This document shows positions 25,084 to 38,189 of a DNA stretch of 64,000 nt, piece after piece. Under the pieces are notes generated by a model. The model saw only the letters and a program-made list of their open reading frames with translations, was not told the DNA's origin and did not search any database. The stretch comes from Lytechinus variegatus. Taxonomy: Eukaryota. The position numbers and the translations under genes are program-made. Location of the stretch: assembly GCF_018143015.1 (NCBI RefSeq), contig NC_054742.1, positions 73,513,736-73,577,735 on the forward strand, in the 5' to 3' direction. How positions within the stretch are numbered: position 1 is the stretch's first letter; every line of letters begins with the position of its first letter.

Positions 25084-25455
25084 GTAGAGTATTAATAAAA
25101 AAATTCATCTATTCAACTTATCAGGCCAAGCTAAATACATTGTGTGTATTTGAGAAAAAAATGAGGCATCTAACTCATCTTATAAGAAAGATTCATAGTA
25201 CATCTCCATTAGCAATTATGACTATACATATTATGCATTCTATGAGATCATTTCTTGAAGCAATTTTGTCAATCATTTTAAGAAACAATATCAGATTGAT
25301 TTAAAGAAATTTAAATTGTTACAGGTTACTATAATGTCCTTCAACTTGCTTTGTATTTCTTTCAACTGGAAATATATATGTTCATGTTTGTTGTTTTGGA
25401 AAATTATGAAATAGCTATGAAATAATGTAGCTTATTGCAATTTTTGATTCAACAG

Positions 25456-25590
25456 CAACAGTTCATCAATGCTGTTAGTGCTTCCCTGATCGGTGGCCCA
25501 AACTTTCATGAGCGTGGAGATAGCACAAGAAAGAATATCAACAGGCAGGCCACTTCCATCATCAACGAAGATCCTGAATTTATTCTAAAG
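25456..25590 (+). CDS. TEP1: TEP1 exon (TROVE start): QQFINAVSASLIGGPNFHERGDSTRKNINRQATSIINEDPEFILK
   Basis: Aligns to human LAAIFEICRELALLEPEFILK. Acceptor ttcaacag, donor gtgagc. Phase 0. Confidence 0.75.
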
Positions 25591-28500
25591 GTGAGCAAAG
25601 AAAATTACTGCTGCAGAAGGATTCTAAATGTTTGGAGGGAAACTGAAGGGTGATACGACATTTGCTCCTGGGACGATTGCTCAGGGCTTAATTTTGTCTA
25701 AGGTGTAGAGTTAAGGGTTGCTATAGGGTTCTTTGTTAGCTTTAGGGTTAGGCTTAGGGTAGGGCATAGTGTTAAACTTATGGTTGAAGTTGGTCATTCG
25801 ATTAGTGTGTGGAATTTAGAGGGGAGCAATTGTCGCCGGAGCAGATGTCATGGAACCAACTGAAGAGATATTGCCTCTTGCTCTCAATTAGTTTGATGCC
25901 TTGATTTATAATTATATATTTCAACTTATTTACATTCTAAAGGCTGAAATTATGAAAAAGAAGTATGTTTACATGTATCTATTTTTTATAGATATTTAGG
26001 AAGTGTCAACTGCCAAAGTATGAGAAATATAAGAATATGTTTGAGTGACAGTTACCATACATGTATATGTTTTGTATCTGATTTGCTTTTGCAGAATGTT
26101 GTCATATTTTGTTTTTACTTTGATTGCTATATGTAGGAACTTTTTATTTCATATGATTGCATAAGGCCAGGACATGGTTGCTTTTATCACAACTGAGTCA
26201 TTTTTCCCCATTCAAAGCATGTATGTTTCAGATGATTTCTTGTATTGTATTGTGTACATAGCTGTGCATATTGCATTGGTTCACTTTTATGGCTGATGCA
26301 AGGCTTTGCAATACATTAGACCCCTTGAATTGCAACCTTGATGTCAAAAGTTATGCAAGGTGCGAATGCTGGGAACTGCCGTTATAATAATTCTATCTTC
26401 GGGAAGCCTTTTTTTTATTCGGTGATTTTAATGCGGAATGCTATTCATTGCCTATTAGTGATTACATTGGTCTCCTCCTTATTTATAATAATGACCTCCC
26501 TGATATTAACATTTCCCCTGATAAAAGTGGTCAAATAAGAGAATAAGTCATTGTTACAAGTATCAGATTTCCCAATTAACACATCATTACACATTCAGGG
26601 ACAGTGATTTTCTGTTTTACCTGTAGATAAAACAGAAAATCTGTTTGGTTCTTATATTTTTCATGTAAAAATTTATGGAATTCACCTTTGCAAAAACGGA
26701 ATTCAGGTTTTTGCTGTGTACATTTTCAGTGACAAAACAGAATTTCCAATTTTAGATCAAGTTGAAACGGAATTACAGATTTTCAGGAACGGAAAAGATA
26801 ATTTTTTGAAACGCTCTACACATTTTTTTGTTGCTGGAGCAAACGTTATGGAACCTACTGTCCATGGTCTAATATTTGATGATCAATCTTAGAAATGCAT
26901 ATAATATACTCTCTTTTAATATTTTTTGGATTTTCCATATTTTTTTAGTTCAGACAGTTTAAATGTGCCAATGAAGGTTATGATTGTATAGATATTTCAA
27001 TTATTAAACTGATAGAAACTAATGATACATACTAATACAGTGCGTATCAAAAAAAAGTTTACACTTTGAAAAGCCCTGGGAATTAAAAAATATACAACAT
27101 GTGGGTAACTTTTTCACTTATAATTTGGGTTTGGGTCTCATCTATCCAATGAAAGTAAAAGTTTTGACAGAATGTTTTACTTGAGTGAGCACTGTCCACT
27201 TTTGTAAAGCTCGCAGAAATCTGTTTGCGCAGAAATGCTCGTTTGTACACTGTGTCAAGGGGAAAAGGGCAAAATCAATCTTACCCTGTGAAACATTTCT
27301 CATACATTTCTCTTGCACTTTTAGTCAATTGATATAAAACGGATACATTCAAGCATTTTCTAACAATTTTGCCACCCAAATTTAAATTTCAACACTTAGT
27401 ATACACAACCTTTGCCCTTTTGTGCCAGCTGGATCTGAGGACATGACTGAATCTGAACAAAAGTTTATATCAGACATCTCTAGCATTTTTCACTAAGTTT
27501 TATCATTTAATGTCGGTTTACATTTCATTTTTCATTTAATACTTGTTTCTCCACACTTTTCCCAAGCTTGACAATGATTAACAAAATGAAAATCAACCCT
27601 AAGCCACTTTGTGTAAATCACAGCTCAGTGTAAAGCAAATATCGTCATGATGGCTTTGGTGTTTGGGGAGTGGGGTGGGGTGCAGTACACTCCTCGAAGT
27701 GGTTTAGGCAATGAAACAAGTTTTAAAAAAGGTAAAAGATATCTTCAAATCTATTTTACTAGCTAAATTCCATGTGTTATTCATGATTAAGGTCTACTTT
27801 TATTCGCGTAACTATTTCAAAGTTCTGCGTAAATCATTTTTCACTAACTTTTCACAAGTAAGTGGTGCTCACTCAAGTGGAAATATTTTCCGACAGTTAT
27901 ATCGTCATTTGCTTTAATGGATCTGTACCAATGTTACAATGTGAAAAAATCTTCAGGATATATAATTTTACAAGAAATTTTCTAAGTGTAAACTTTTTTT
28001 GATACCCACTGTATAGACTATCTTTGTTTTCACAGATGACTTGCAGGCTGAAGGTCATTCTGTATATGTCATGAATAGGTTTTTATAAACTGCAAACATA
28101 ATTGAAAAATGCACACTCTGAAGGAAAAAAAAGGATATTATTGGTGTTCCAGGGTCATTCTCAGAAAAATGAACCAATTGATGGGGGAAAAATCGTAAAA
28201 ATGAAGTCTACAGAATGGGTTGAAAGATGCATATTGTGAAAGTACCATGTATGAGAAAGTGGCAACAGAAAAGGGGCAAGTCGCTGTTGCGTCAATTTGA
28301 AGTACTGACCGGATTAAGTCAAGCACTGTATACCAACGTTACGGAGGTTAATCGTTAGCATGGCCCACGTGTGTTACTCAATTAAATCACTTTTGAAATG
28401 ATTGAAATTGAAATGCACACAATTTAACTTTAACGTGGTATCAACAATTTCATTTTCTGAAGCAAAATGGTTTGCAAGATGGAAAAACTATTCAATATTG

Positions 28501-29744
28501 TTTTCAGAAGCAGGACTTTACCAAATAACATATAACAAAAAGTACCATAAAAATCATTGCACATCTTCGTTCAGTTTAATGTTCATAATTTGAATGAGGC
28601 AACCTTAAAATAACTTTCATCCATAACCTGAGATCCTTAGCAATGCATGACCAATGCTGGGAATCCAAAGATAGTTTACCTATGTTTGATTATCGAAATA
28701 CGTATAATAAATTCCAACAAACCGTGAGTGTTTGAAATACCCCTTTTCATGTTTTCATGTCAGTAGGCCTATATCAATTATTTCAGCGCTTTTTCATGCG
28801 CATTAAAGGGGTCATCCAGGCTGAAAAATCTGATCTGAACAGATAATAATCAGACAAACAAAATACTGCAAATATGATCAAAATCGAACAAGGAATAACA
28901 GCGTTATGCCATATGAAAGATATGCATTATTTTAGTGAAACAGTTTGGTCTAGATGCATATCTTCATGAATATTAAAAGAGTTGATTGGTGGTGTACATA
29001 CATATAATCACCACTTGTTCTTTTGCATTCTCTTGCATGAAATTGTTTTTTATTCAATTTATATCCTCTTTTTTTGAAAGTGTACTTAAAATGTCTGGTT
29101 TTCATATTGGAATGACATATTTTCAGATGGCGCTTCGCACTCGCTGCTTATCATTTCCTTAGCAAGACACCCATCCTTTTTTATGATTACAGAAAGTTAA
29201 TAGAATGTCCCATTTTGGGTTCTAAACCTAAATAAGCGCCCGTTTTACCTTTGCAATAATTGTTTATTGGATATATACATGTATCTTGTTCTCGAATTAA
29301 AACGTCCAAAAAAATTATTGTTCTCAGATCAAAATATGAAATATTTACAGTCGCATCAATTAAGATACCCATCCTTGTAATTAGTACAAACAGTGTTTAG
29401 AATGTCAAGGTTTCAGTCAGAATACAAAAAAATCAGCTAGCACTTTGTACTTGCATTAATACTTTATTCAGATAACATCCTGATCATTTCTACAAAAAAA
29501 GTGCTTAGAATGTCAAGTTTTCAGATTAGACTATTCACAAGTTTTTTTGATCGGTGAAATAACCCTCCTCATGAGTCATTGCAAATAGTTTTCCTTCCTC
29601 TTTCCTTGTCCATGAAAGCTTAATTGTTTCTCCTTCTTCCTTTTTTCTACACCGTTTCTACCGACTTCAGCATTAGATAAAGCCATGTCACCTGTTCTGG
29701 AACTAGAATCGTACTATCAATCTCAGCAAAGTACAGCAGAGAAG

Positions 29745-30500
29745 TTTATTAACTTCCGTAACAGTATTGTTACGGAAGTTAATGCACTTTCTATAGCAAA
29801 GAAATTTAGAAATTTTAAGTTCTAAAGAAGATTCCAATATTCAAAATTTGTAGTATGAATTGTTTAAAATTCCAAAAGCATTAAATATCGTGTATAATTC
29901 TGGGGAAATTGTTTTTGCTGGCAATTTCCCCTCTTTACAAAGTGATGTTTGAAAATAAGATATGCAATAATAATTTTACAAGGATGAATAATTATTATTT
30001 CTATGGGTACGTAGGTGGAGGGTACCTTATATAATTTATATCTGTATGATCGGGAGTGATGCAGTATAGCACAAATTTGTAGCATATTCAAGAAAAAATG
30101 TTACGGAAGTTAATGCGTTACGGAAGTTAATGTTTTTGTGCTTTGTGGTCCAACGTGGACCTTATTTAGCAGCCCTACCTTTGAAACTGTATTTATTATG
30201 AAAGGTGTCTCTTATCCTATATAATACTGAATCCTTAACAGAACTGCCAAAGTGCATATTTTCTTAAGGTGCGTTACGGATGTTAAACCTGTTTAGTCAT
30301 ACATTTCATTTTTTAAGAATAGTCGTTTATTTTCATGTACATGTAATACAGGAAACACATATACTTCCCTATCAATTATTTATTAATGAATATCACTCTA
30401 CTTGCAGACACATTATCATGTAATATCATTCAGTTTAAAGGGAGAAAAAACTTGTGGCAGTATTCGTTACGGAAGTTAAAATGAATTGAGGGCAAAGTTA
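29745..30500. repeat. Cluster of six or more dispersed copies of the 16-mer GTTACGGAAGTTAATG, in both orientations, within a TEP1 intron
   Basis: Seen at 29752-29790 (inverted pair), 30100-30135 (tandem pair), 30268 and 30465. The sequence between them is unrelated. Confidence 0.6.
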
Positions 30501-30912
30501 AAAGTGAAATTAATCACAAAGTGATCATCAAATACTAGGATAAGCCCAGTTTGTCAGACGTATACACCATGCTGCTCTCACCAGACATTGATGTAGGTAA
30601 GAAATACAGAGTACATATAAAAGAGAATGATAGTAAAATAAAAACTGACCCGAGACAGTGTATATTCTAACAAAAAGCAAAAATAAAAGGCCTGTGTAAT
30701 AAATTTAGAGCTTTACTAGTCACTGGTCGCATATGGTTTGTGGAGCTAGTCTATTATTGTCATTTTGTTGATAATATTTTTGTAGAAAATGTTCAGGGTT
30801 GTGAAGCTAGCGGGCATAAGATAGTCGAGACACGTTTTTTGTGAATTGTAACATTTTTTTGAGAATGACCCTCCAGTGTTAAATATAGTATGTGTTATTT
30901 GCCTTTTATCAG

Positions 30913-31074
30913 GTTGCACTGTATACGAGGAAGGAGTTGAATATTCGTACCACAGCCAATTTCCTGCTAGCTCTTGCGGCCATGACCCCCGAATGCCGAC
31001 CTTTTCTCAGGAAGTATTTCAGCTCCAGCATTGCCCTGCCATCTGATTGGATAGATGTAGCAGAACTTTACCAG
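30913..31074 (+). CDS. TEP1: TEP1 TROVE exon: VALYTRKELNIRTTANFLLALAAMTPECRPFLRKYFSSSIALPSDWIDVAELYQ
   Basis: Aligns to human ASLYARQQLNVRNVANNILAIAAFLPACRPHLRRYFCAIVQLPSDWIQVAELYQ. Acceptor ttttatcag, donor gtaatg. Confidence 0.9.
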
Positions 31075-31652
31075 GTAATGATGAATTTGAAACAGATTTC
31101 TTCTTACTTTCAAAATCACAAACTGTCAACCAGGGAGGGAGGGAGGGAGAAAAAATGATATATGGATGGATAGAAAAATGGATGGATGGATGGATGGATA
31201 TGTAGTGCATCTCTGATTTCTCATATTTTAATCACAAATACAATAGACACATAATAATAATAATAATAATAAACAATTTTTATATGTATCGCAAAATTGC
31301 CTCTAAGCGGTTGAGAGAGAGGAAAATGAAGTATAAAGGAAATAGAAAATAGAAATACTTTGCACAACAAAATGTATCAAAACTAATATTACAATTTACA
31401 ACTTTCTCACCAGATCATGAATAAAGAAATACCATCAAATGACCCATCACATGACCCATCATTGTGAAGCATAGAAGAAAGGATACTAAAAGTCACTAGT
31501 GGGGCAGTATCCAAATTTCAAAAAAGAAAATAACTTGTCTAGAAAGAAGTTTAATATCTACTCTTTAATTTGACACTTCAATCAAAGAAATTGGTCAAGT
31601 AATGAATGTGTAGGTGTAAGGACAAACTTATTGTTGATTTCTCTTCTTACAG

Positions 31653-31749
31653 ACATTCCATGATAAGAATATCAACTACGGATCCCTGCCATCGGCCCTT
31701 CGCAAGGCCATGATTGATCGATTTCCTCGCTTTGATCAGTACCAGCTTG
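31653..31749 (+). CDS. TEP1: TEP1 TROVE exon: TFHDKNINYGSLPSALRKAMIDRFPRFDQYQL
   Basis: Aligns to human LPACLRTAMTDKFAQFDEYQLAKYN. Acceptor cttacag, donor gtaagt. Confidence 0.85.
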
Positions 31750-32920
31750 GTAAGTGTTTCAGGTTATTATTGAATCAAGCAATAGAACACACTCAAAATT
31801 GCAAACGAAAATCTGTTTGCCAATTTAATCAGGTCAGAACATTTATTGGATTTGACACCTTTGCCAACTATCTTTCATTCTTGAAATTGGCAGCCCAAGT
31901 ATAGTACTGTCATTGCTGCATTTTCCTTTTTAGATATATTTAGAAACTAATAGGGATTGTTGTATAATACCTCCACAAGGTAACGATTTCCAAATGGCAT
32001 CCATGGAAAAATACCACAGAGACATTTTTGTGCATCATAAATTTGACTCGCTATTCAATCAATCGTTTGATTTGCCTGGTGAGGAAACTACCAAATATTG
32101 GCAGCTAATTTTGCTGTCATGCCAGTGAAGATGATTCAAAACTGATCAAGGATATAACATTAATTTTGAAGGACGTAAAATCAGTAGGTTTGGATTCAGT
32201 TTTGTTGGTGTGATCATGAAACCTTATCACAGCAGGTTTCTCATAGGTAAAAAAAAGTAATTGCAACAAACAATTATTTCATGAGAAAGCTGTTAAAATC
32301 AAGGTTAATTGCTATCATATTATCATAGGTCTAGATCTGGTACATTAAAATCATGAAATCTTTACTGAAAAACCTATAATGATAATAACACAAAAAGGCA
32401 TAAGTGGGACAGTGCATTAATATTTGCTTGGAAAATATTGCTTATTTTGCTCATTTATCAGCAATTACACATTTTCTCCAGAGCCGATTGGCACATACAT
32501 GTACTTTGTTTATTTATGCATGCAAACATTTAGGTGGTCATTTTATTGGATTATGTTTGAACTCATTTTGAGATTGTAACAACTGGTTCTAAAAATGATG
32601 TTACAACATCAGAACTCGTCTTTGAAACGGAGGAACTTGGGGAGTATTTCATGAAACATGGTCAGTGATTTCAACTTAATATATGTTATAAGCTACTGAA
32701 ACCCTTGCATCTGATTGGCTCAAAGCAAATTGGTCAGTGAAAATCACCCAACAAGTTGCTTCATGAGACGTTCCCCAGAGGGGTGTTTCATAAAGATGTT
32801 CTCTAAGACGCTTTCTTGTGCTACATGATATATCCACATGTAGCTGACTTAGTACCTTAGAACCCATTCCAGTCTTTTAAACTCGTGCGTAACTTCACAA
32901 ATGGCTTTATGAAATATCCA

Positions 32921-33195
32921 CCAGGGTCCCTGTCTTACAAAGAGTTAGGATTGATCCGATCAACTCCAAGTATAACAAAATCCATCAATTTTATAATTTT
33001 TTCTTTAATAAGGAAATTTGCACAACGTCCTTTGAAAACAAAGAGTGACATATTGAATTGTTGTGAAAACAGTGACTGTACGAATATCCATCATACTTAG
33101 AAAATAATTTTAGCAAACATGTATTTTAGATGTTGGTGGCTTTCCATAGTTGTGGTTGATTGGATCAATCGTAACTCTTTGTAAGACGGGGCCTG
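32921..33195. mobile_element. MITE family 6 (TIR GGTCCCTGTCTTACAAAGAGTTAGGATTGATC ... GATCAATCGTAACTCTTTGTAAGACGGGGCC), 40 bp upstream of a TEP1 exon
   Basis: Long TIRs. A related copy at 42806..43050 (GGGCCCCATCTTATAAAGAGTTTTGATTGATC .. GGCCCCTGTCTTACAAGTAGTTGTGATTGTTC). Fragment at 35370..35425. Confidence 0.55.
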
Positions 33196-33236
33196 GATCT
33201 TTCATTCTTTGACACTGGATGCTTTGCTTTTTGCAG

Positions 33237-33456
33237 CAAAGTACAACAAGGACAAGAAGAAGAAGAAACCCGCTGCCAAAACGGACAAGCCAGCCGAGGA
33301 AGAGGACCTCCCGGATGATAGAGATGATGGAGATAGTGAGAACAGTGATACTGATGAAGAGGAGATGGAGAGATTGAGCTTTACCCTCAAGCAGTTGATC
33401 CGAAAGCTTCACATCAATGATCCAGTAGACAGTGTCATGTGCCTCCTTGGAAAGAG
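33237..33456 (+). CDS. TEP1: TEP1 exon: AKYNKDKKKKKPAAKTDKPAEEEDLPDDRDDGDSENSDTDEEEMERLSFTLKQLIRKLHINDPVDSVMCLLGK
   Basis: Aligns to human AKYNPRKHRAKRH..RFTLKKLVQRLHIHKPAQHVQALLGYR, with an acidic insertion. Acceptor ttttgcag, donor gtaaaa. Confidence 0.85.
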
Positions 33457-34036
33457 GTAAAATGCTTGGAACAACCAGGGGTGGGGGTGCGTCTCCCCCC
33501 CCCCCCATGCAAACAAATGCAAAGTTACTATGTTGCCACAGCTGTTGTGAAGTTACTGTTTCATTAATTTTGGATGAGGGTCATGGTTTATTTTTGTAAT
33601 CATATGGTTTGGCGTCAGAACAACTAAGTTTCAATGGAAATTATAACGAATATAGAAATACATGCATCTCATTTGCATGATTCAATATAATGGAATAATT
33701 CTATATAATAGAATACTTTTGCCAGCGGAGAAAATACATAGCTTTGTGGGCAATCAGCTGCAACAAAGTTCTGAGCATGTTCAAAACTTTTTGGAAGGCA
33801 AATCTGCGTGCAAGATCCTTTAAATACAGGTAACCTGCTGGTAGCAAGTCACACGCAAGGCTTGCATGGAAACAATGTGACATGGCCTTTTACGGCCAAA
33901 ATATGAGCGAAAATCCAGTAAAAACTTTGTCTGAAAATCTGCAATGCATATTGGGTTCAAGTGTAAAATAGGGTAAAATCTTTAATTCAATAAGCGGGAT
34001 AGAGACACCTCTGTAAATCACCCTTATGTTTTACAG

Positions 34037-34194
34037 GTACCCTGAAGACATGGAGTCCTTCTACCAGAGCCGTCTTCCCGGTACGTGGGACCCTGAGAGG
34101 GCGGGTAAGAGGATGAAGCTTCCTACCCCAGAGACCTGGGAGACACAGGTCTCACTGAAGGGCAATAAAGCACCGGTCTGGGAACAACTCATTG
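34037..34194 (+). CDS. TEP1: TEP1 TROVE exon: RYPEDMESFYQSRLPGTWDPERAGKRMKLPTPETWETQVSLKGNKAPVWEQLI
   Basis: Aligns to human YPSNLQLFSRSRLPGPWDSSRAGKRMKLSRPETWERELSLRGNKASVWEELI. Acceptor ttttacag, donor gtaagc. Confidence 0.9.
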
Positions 34195-34585
34195 GTAAGC
34201 TGAATGCTCCCCAGGGAGTGGAGATGGTGTGCATAGGAAGTATTATATTTGATTAGTTGCCTATTAAGTGCCTACCATTGAAAAGCAAATAAAAAATTCT
34301 ACACACATTAGAGAACAGGAAGCATGGGTCTCGGTGAAAGGAATTAAAGCACAAGGTTGGGAAAAAGGCATGCTCCACAGGGAGTTGGGATGGTTTGTGC
34401 ATCTAGGAATCTTGTATTGGTATATTCAGCACCTACCATTGAAAAGTAAAGAAAAAAAATGTAACAAGCTTCGGTAATTTTCAGCTCGGATTAAAGTGTA
34501 ACTGCCGTTCAACCTATGCAAGTTTATCGCCACCAGGATCAGTTAAGATCAAAGTCTAACATTTGATTATGTCTTTGCACCTTAG

Positions 34586-34786
34586 ACAACAAGAAACTGC
34601 CGTTCATGGCCATGCTGCGCAACCTGCGCAACATGATAGCTGCCGGGATCAGTGAGAAGCACCACAAGTGGGTCCTCTACAAGCTGACCGACAGAGGCTC
34701 GGTGGTCAACAGCAAGCAGTTTCCTTTCCGGTTCTTCTCGGCTTACGAGGTGCTTCAGAGCATGGAGCGTGAACTGGAGAAAGCAG
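34586..34786 (+). CDS. TEP1: TEP1 TROVE exon: DNKKLPFMAMLRNLRNMIAAGISEKHHKWVLYKLTDRGSVVNSKQFPFRFFSAYEVLQSMERELEKA
   Basis: Aligns to human ENGKLPFMAMLRNLCNLLRVGISSRHHELILQRLQHAKSVIHSRQFPFRFLNAHDAI. Acceptor ccttag, donor gtgagg. Confidence 0.9.
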
Positions 34787-35548
34787 GTGAGGATTCAATT
34801 TTTAAGGGTCTTGAAAAGTAGTAGTCACTTGGTGTAACACAACTTTAATTGGCCTGATTTCCAAATTATCTGTCACTGTAGTAGTTAAACCCATTGGCCT
34901 GTATTCTGAACTTTAGTTCAACTTCTACTATGGTCCGAGTGTCTGCTAAAATTGTGAAAAGCTATAGATTTTAAATTTTTATTTTAGTTTTGGTTCACTG
35001 GGTTCTCATAAAATAACTTTGTTCTCTTAGTTTTGGTCATTTAGTTAATGACTTTTCGGTCTATTACCATATTTGACAGACTACATAGATTTGTAACATT
35101 TGTTTGAAGCAATTTAGCGAAGTTCATATAGGACTGTCTAAAATGACTTCCGGATCCCATCCAACAAAGAGATGCCATTGATCCTCTCAATACCAACTAT
35201 ATTGGAATCCATCATATTTTTCCAACAGGAAATATTGCTCAAATGTCATATGCCAACAAGGAGCACACATTGAATTGACAAGAAAACAATGAATACACGA
35301 GTATGCATCCTATCTAGAAAATATTTTGAGCGAACGTGCATGTCAGATGTTGCCGTTGCTGACTTCCAGTTGTTGCGGTTGATCAGATCTATCACAACTC
35401 TTTTGTTGTAAGACGAAGCCCGTATTAGTGTGCATTAACAATCACAATATCAACACAATGCTTGACATTGTTAATTGTCATTTTAATACTGTTCTATGAG
35501 AGGAGAGTGTCTTGAGTAAAGACATTGCTGTAATTTGTCTTAGAAACA

Positions 35549-35860
35549 TTGGCCCGTATTCTGAAGTCGGGTTTAACTTAAACTCAGGTTTAAAGTATGG
35601 ATAGCCAATTGTTACATAAATCACTAACAGTAGAGATATCATATTTCAGTTCATTTGGCTCTCAAATCAATCATAATTGTCTAGGAAGTATGAATAGATG
35701 ATTGCCTTCACAATCGATGAACCGGGAAGGAGCACAGTAAACATAAGAAACATAAGACTTAATAAAAATTTTGACGCTTTTGGCTTCCCATAATTTTGGC
35801 ACAGAGTTAGACCATGGTCTAAGTTAAACCTGACTTTTGAATATGGGCCATTGTTCCAAT
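35549..35860. mobile_element. MITE family 4 (TIR GGCCCGTATTCTGAAGTCGGGTTTAAC ... GTTAAACCTGACTTTTGAATATGGGCC)
   Basis: About 310 bp, TIR-bounded, with an internal AACATAAGAAACATAAGA motif. Related copy at 51681+52199..52456. Fragment at 34879..34925. Confidence 0.6.
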
Positions 35861-35917
35861 GTGATAGGTGGTATTCAGAAGGAGATTATTCTTATATAAT
35901 TTTGATCTGTTTTGTAG

Positions 35918-36035
35918 ATAAACTGAAATTGCAGTTGGCCTGTGGTGTAAGACCCCCTCAACCAAGAGGCAAGCGGGCCAGAAAGGAAGACCAGGTACCC
36001 AAGTGGAAACGTGCCAAGATGGAGAAGAAACTCAG
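35918..36035 (+). CDS. TEP1: TEP1 exon: DKLKLQLACGVRPPQPRGKRARKEDQVPKWKRAKMEKKL (basic linker)
   Basis: Acceptor ttttgtag, donor CAG|GTTGGT. Weak similarity to human RNEKNRPRRRF..KLRVHKARQWK. In frame with both neighbouring exons. Confidence 0.6.
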
Positions 36036-36039
36036 GTTG

Positions 36040-36905
36040 GTGATTGGTACATAACTAATACCCATCATAGAGGGCACTAGTTAGAGTTATATGCACGGGA
36101 TACCTTTGGAACAGTTTTAACATGCGTAAGGCTTAGCCGAGGGCACTAGGACTGTTTTAATGGTTAATTGGTATATAACTAATACCCATCATAGAGGGCA
36201 CTAGTAAGAATTATATGCACATGATACCTTTGGAACAGTTTTAACATGCGTAAGGCTTAGCCGAGGGCACTAGGACTGTTTTAATGGTTAATTGGTATAT
36301 AACTAATACCCATCATAGAGGGCACTAGTAAGAATTATAATCACATGATACCTTTGGAACAGTTTTAACATGCGTAAGGCTTAGCAGAGGGCACTGGGAC
36401 TGTTTTAATGGTTAATTGGTATATAACAATACTAACCATCATAGAGGGCACTAGTAAGAATTATATGCACATGATACCTTTGGAACAGTTTTAACATGCG
36501 TAAGGCTTAGCAGAGGGCACTAGGACTGTTTTAATGGTTAATTGGTATATAACTAATACCCATCATAGAGGGCACTAGTAAGAATTATATGCACATGATA
36601 CCTTTGGAACAGTTTTAACATGCGTAAGGCTTAGCCGAGGGCACTAGGACTGTTTTAATGGTTAATTGGTATATAACTAATACCCATCATAGAGGGCACT
36701 AGTAAGAATTATATGCACGGGATACCTTTGGAATAGTTTTAACATGCGTAAGGCTTAGCCGAGGGCACTAGGACTGTTTTAATGGTTAATTGGTATATAA
36801 CTAATACCCATCATAGAGGGCACTAGTAAGAATTATATGCACAGGATACCTTTGGAACAGTTTTAACATGCGTAAGGCTTAGCCGAGGGCACTAGGACTG
36901 TTTTA
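36040..36905. repeat. Tandem array of about seven 122-bp units, starting exactly at the donor of the TEP1 exon that ends at 36035
   Basis: Unit ..GGTTAATTGGTATATAACTAATACCCATCATAGAGGGCACTAGTAAGAATTATATGCAC..GGAACAGTTTTAACATGCGTAAGGCTTAGCCGAGGGCACTAGGACTGTTTTAAT. Units are about 95 percent identical. The first unit overlaps the real donor context (CAGGTTGGTGATTGGTACATAACTAAT). Confidence 0.85.
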
Positions 36906-37004
36906 ATGTTTAACAAGAGCATCCATCCAGTTTCTTTGGGTATTTTCATTTGTGCCGTAATATAGTGTGTCCTATAGAAAAATTCTTAAAATATTGAAAG
37001 TTAA

Positions 37005-37137
37005 GGCCTGGGGCCCGTAACACAAACCTTAGCAATGGTCGTAGAACATTTTTCTACGATTGATTCCATTGACTATAATGTACAATCAATCGTAAAAATC
37101 AAGCATACGATTAATCACTAACTTTTGTGTTACAGGA
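37005..37137. mobile_element. MITE family 3 copy in a TEP1 intron
   Basis: GGGGCCCGTAACACAAACCTTAGCAATGGTCGTAG..CATACGATTAATCACTAACTTTTGTGTTAC. Confidence 0.55.
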
Positions 37138-37470
37138 CCCAGATGAAGTGTTGTGTTTTTGGATATTGGTTGTGTCACATAATCTGCAACTTTTTTTTTG
37201 CTCTTGCAACAGTTTTAATCATACATTCTATCGTAAGTTTTTATTTCTATTTTCAAGTTATGTATTATAAACATTGTCTACAAAAATCTATGTTATATGT
37301 ATGTAAATTTCTTTAAATAGTAATTGTTATATCATTGAATATAATTATAAATGTATGAAACTAATAAAATGAAATATGAAAGATGAAAATATGAAATATA
37401 TTTTCTGTTCTGTTGGATATATGATTGAAGTAGAATTTGAAGTTAAAATGCCTTATTTTTCCCCCTCCAG

Positions 37471-37651
37471 TGAGCTGCCATATGACATTACCATCTTGAA
37501 CCGCTACCGCAAGGCCCTTGACACTGCAGTCAAGATCGCCACCAGTTACAATGTGAAGCCAATCCCCGGCAAGACGCTTCTGCTTTGCAATGTTGGTAGT
37601 TATATGGATACCCCTTGCTCCTCTGCCAAGGGGCTTGGAAAGAAGAGAACT
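37471..37651 (+). CDS. TEP1: TEP1 exon: SELPYDITILNRYRKALDTAVKIATSYNVKPIPGKTLLLCNVGSYMDTPCSSAKGLGKKRT
   Basis: Aligns to human GEMLNRYRQALETAVNLSVKHSLPLLPGRTVLVYL. Acceptor ccctccag, donor gtgagt. Confidence 0.85.
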
Positions 37652-38189
37652 GTGAGTTTTTTTATTTCTTTCATCCCCTGCCCCTCATATTCATGATCTC
37701 TTATACCATACTTAATTCAATATCGTGGGTATTGAAGTCTACCTTTTCTTTTCTTTCACTTTGTCATAATTCTCAATTTGTTAATATCCTATATATGCAA
37801 GAAGTGTGTTAATTTAACACTCAATGGTATGTTGAAGCCCCAATACTGTAACTTTCTCATTACTTACATTTCCAATGCTCTCTGCCAATATTAGCAAAAA
37901 ACATGAATTTAGCATCATCCCTAGATATATTGAACCACTTTTTCACTTCTTTATCGTTTGCCTTTTCCGCAACCTCTTATCACGGACAACAAGCAATAAT
38001 TTAGCACTCTGTCTCATACTTAAGCCTCCCGTCTTTCACTTTCCCGTCAAATGTCAAACACCTGACCCTGTCATTGTCTTGTCGCAGACTGGTGTGCGCA
38101 CCAGACGCACATGTATCCATAGTACCCAAACTGAATACAGCGGTGAGGCACGATAACACACAACGCTATAGCATCAGATTTTTTGTTAG

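Noticed and set aside
24385-25095. Apparent disagreement between the ORF track end (25095, ..KLKVEY) and my first reading of the exon 1 terminus
   Set aside because: It traced to my own mis-indexing of one sequence line, not to the data. The track frame (donor AAG|GTAGAG, phase 0) is the one that joins in frame to the acceptor at 25455/25456, so the track was trusted.
36040-36905. Regularly spaced 122-bp direct repeats, a superficially CRISPR-like array
   Set aside because: The units are contiguous with no unique spacers. The context is a eukaryotic intron, and the array derives from the adjacent splice junction. It is not a CRISPR.
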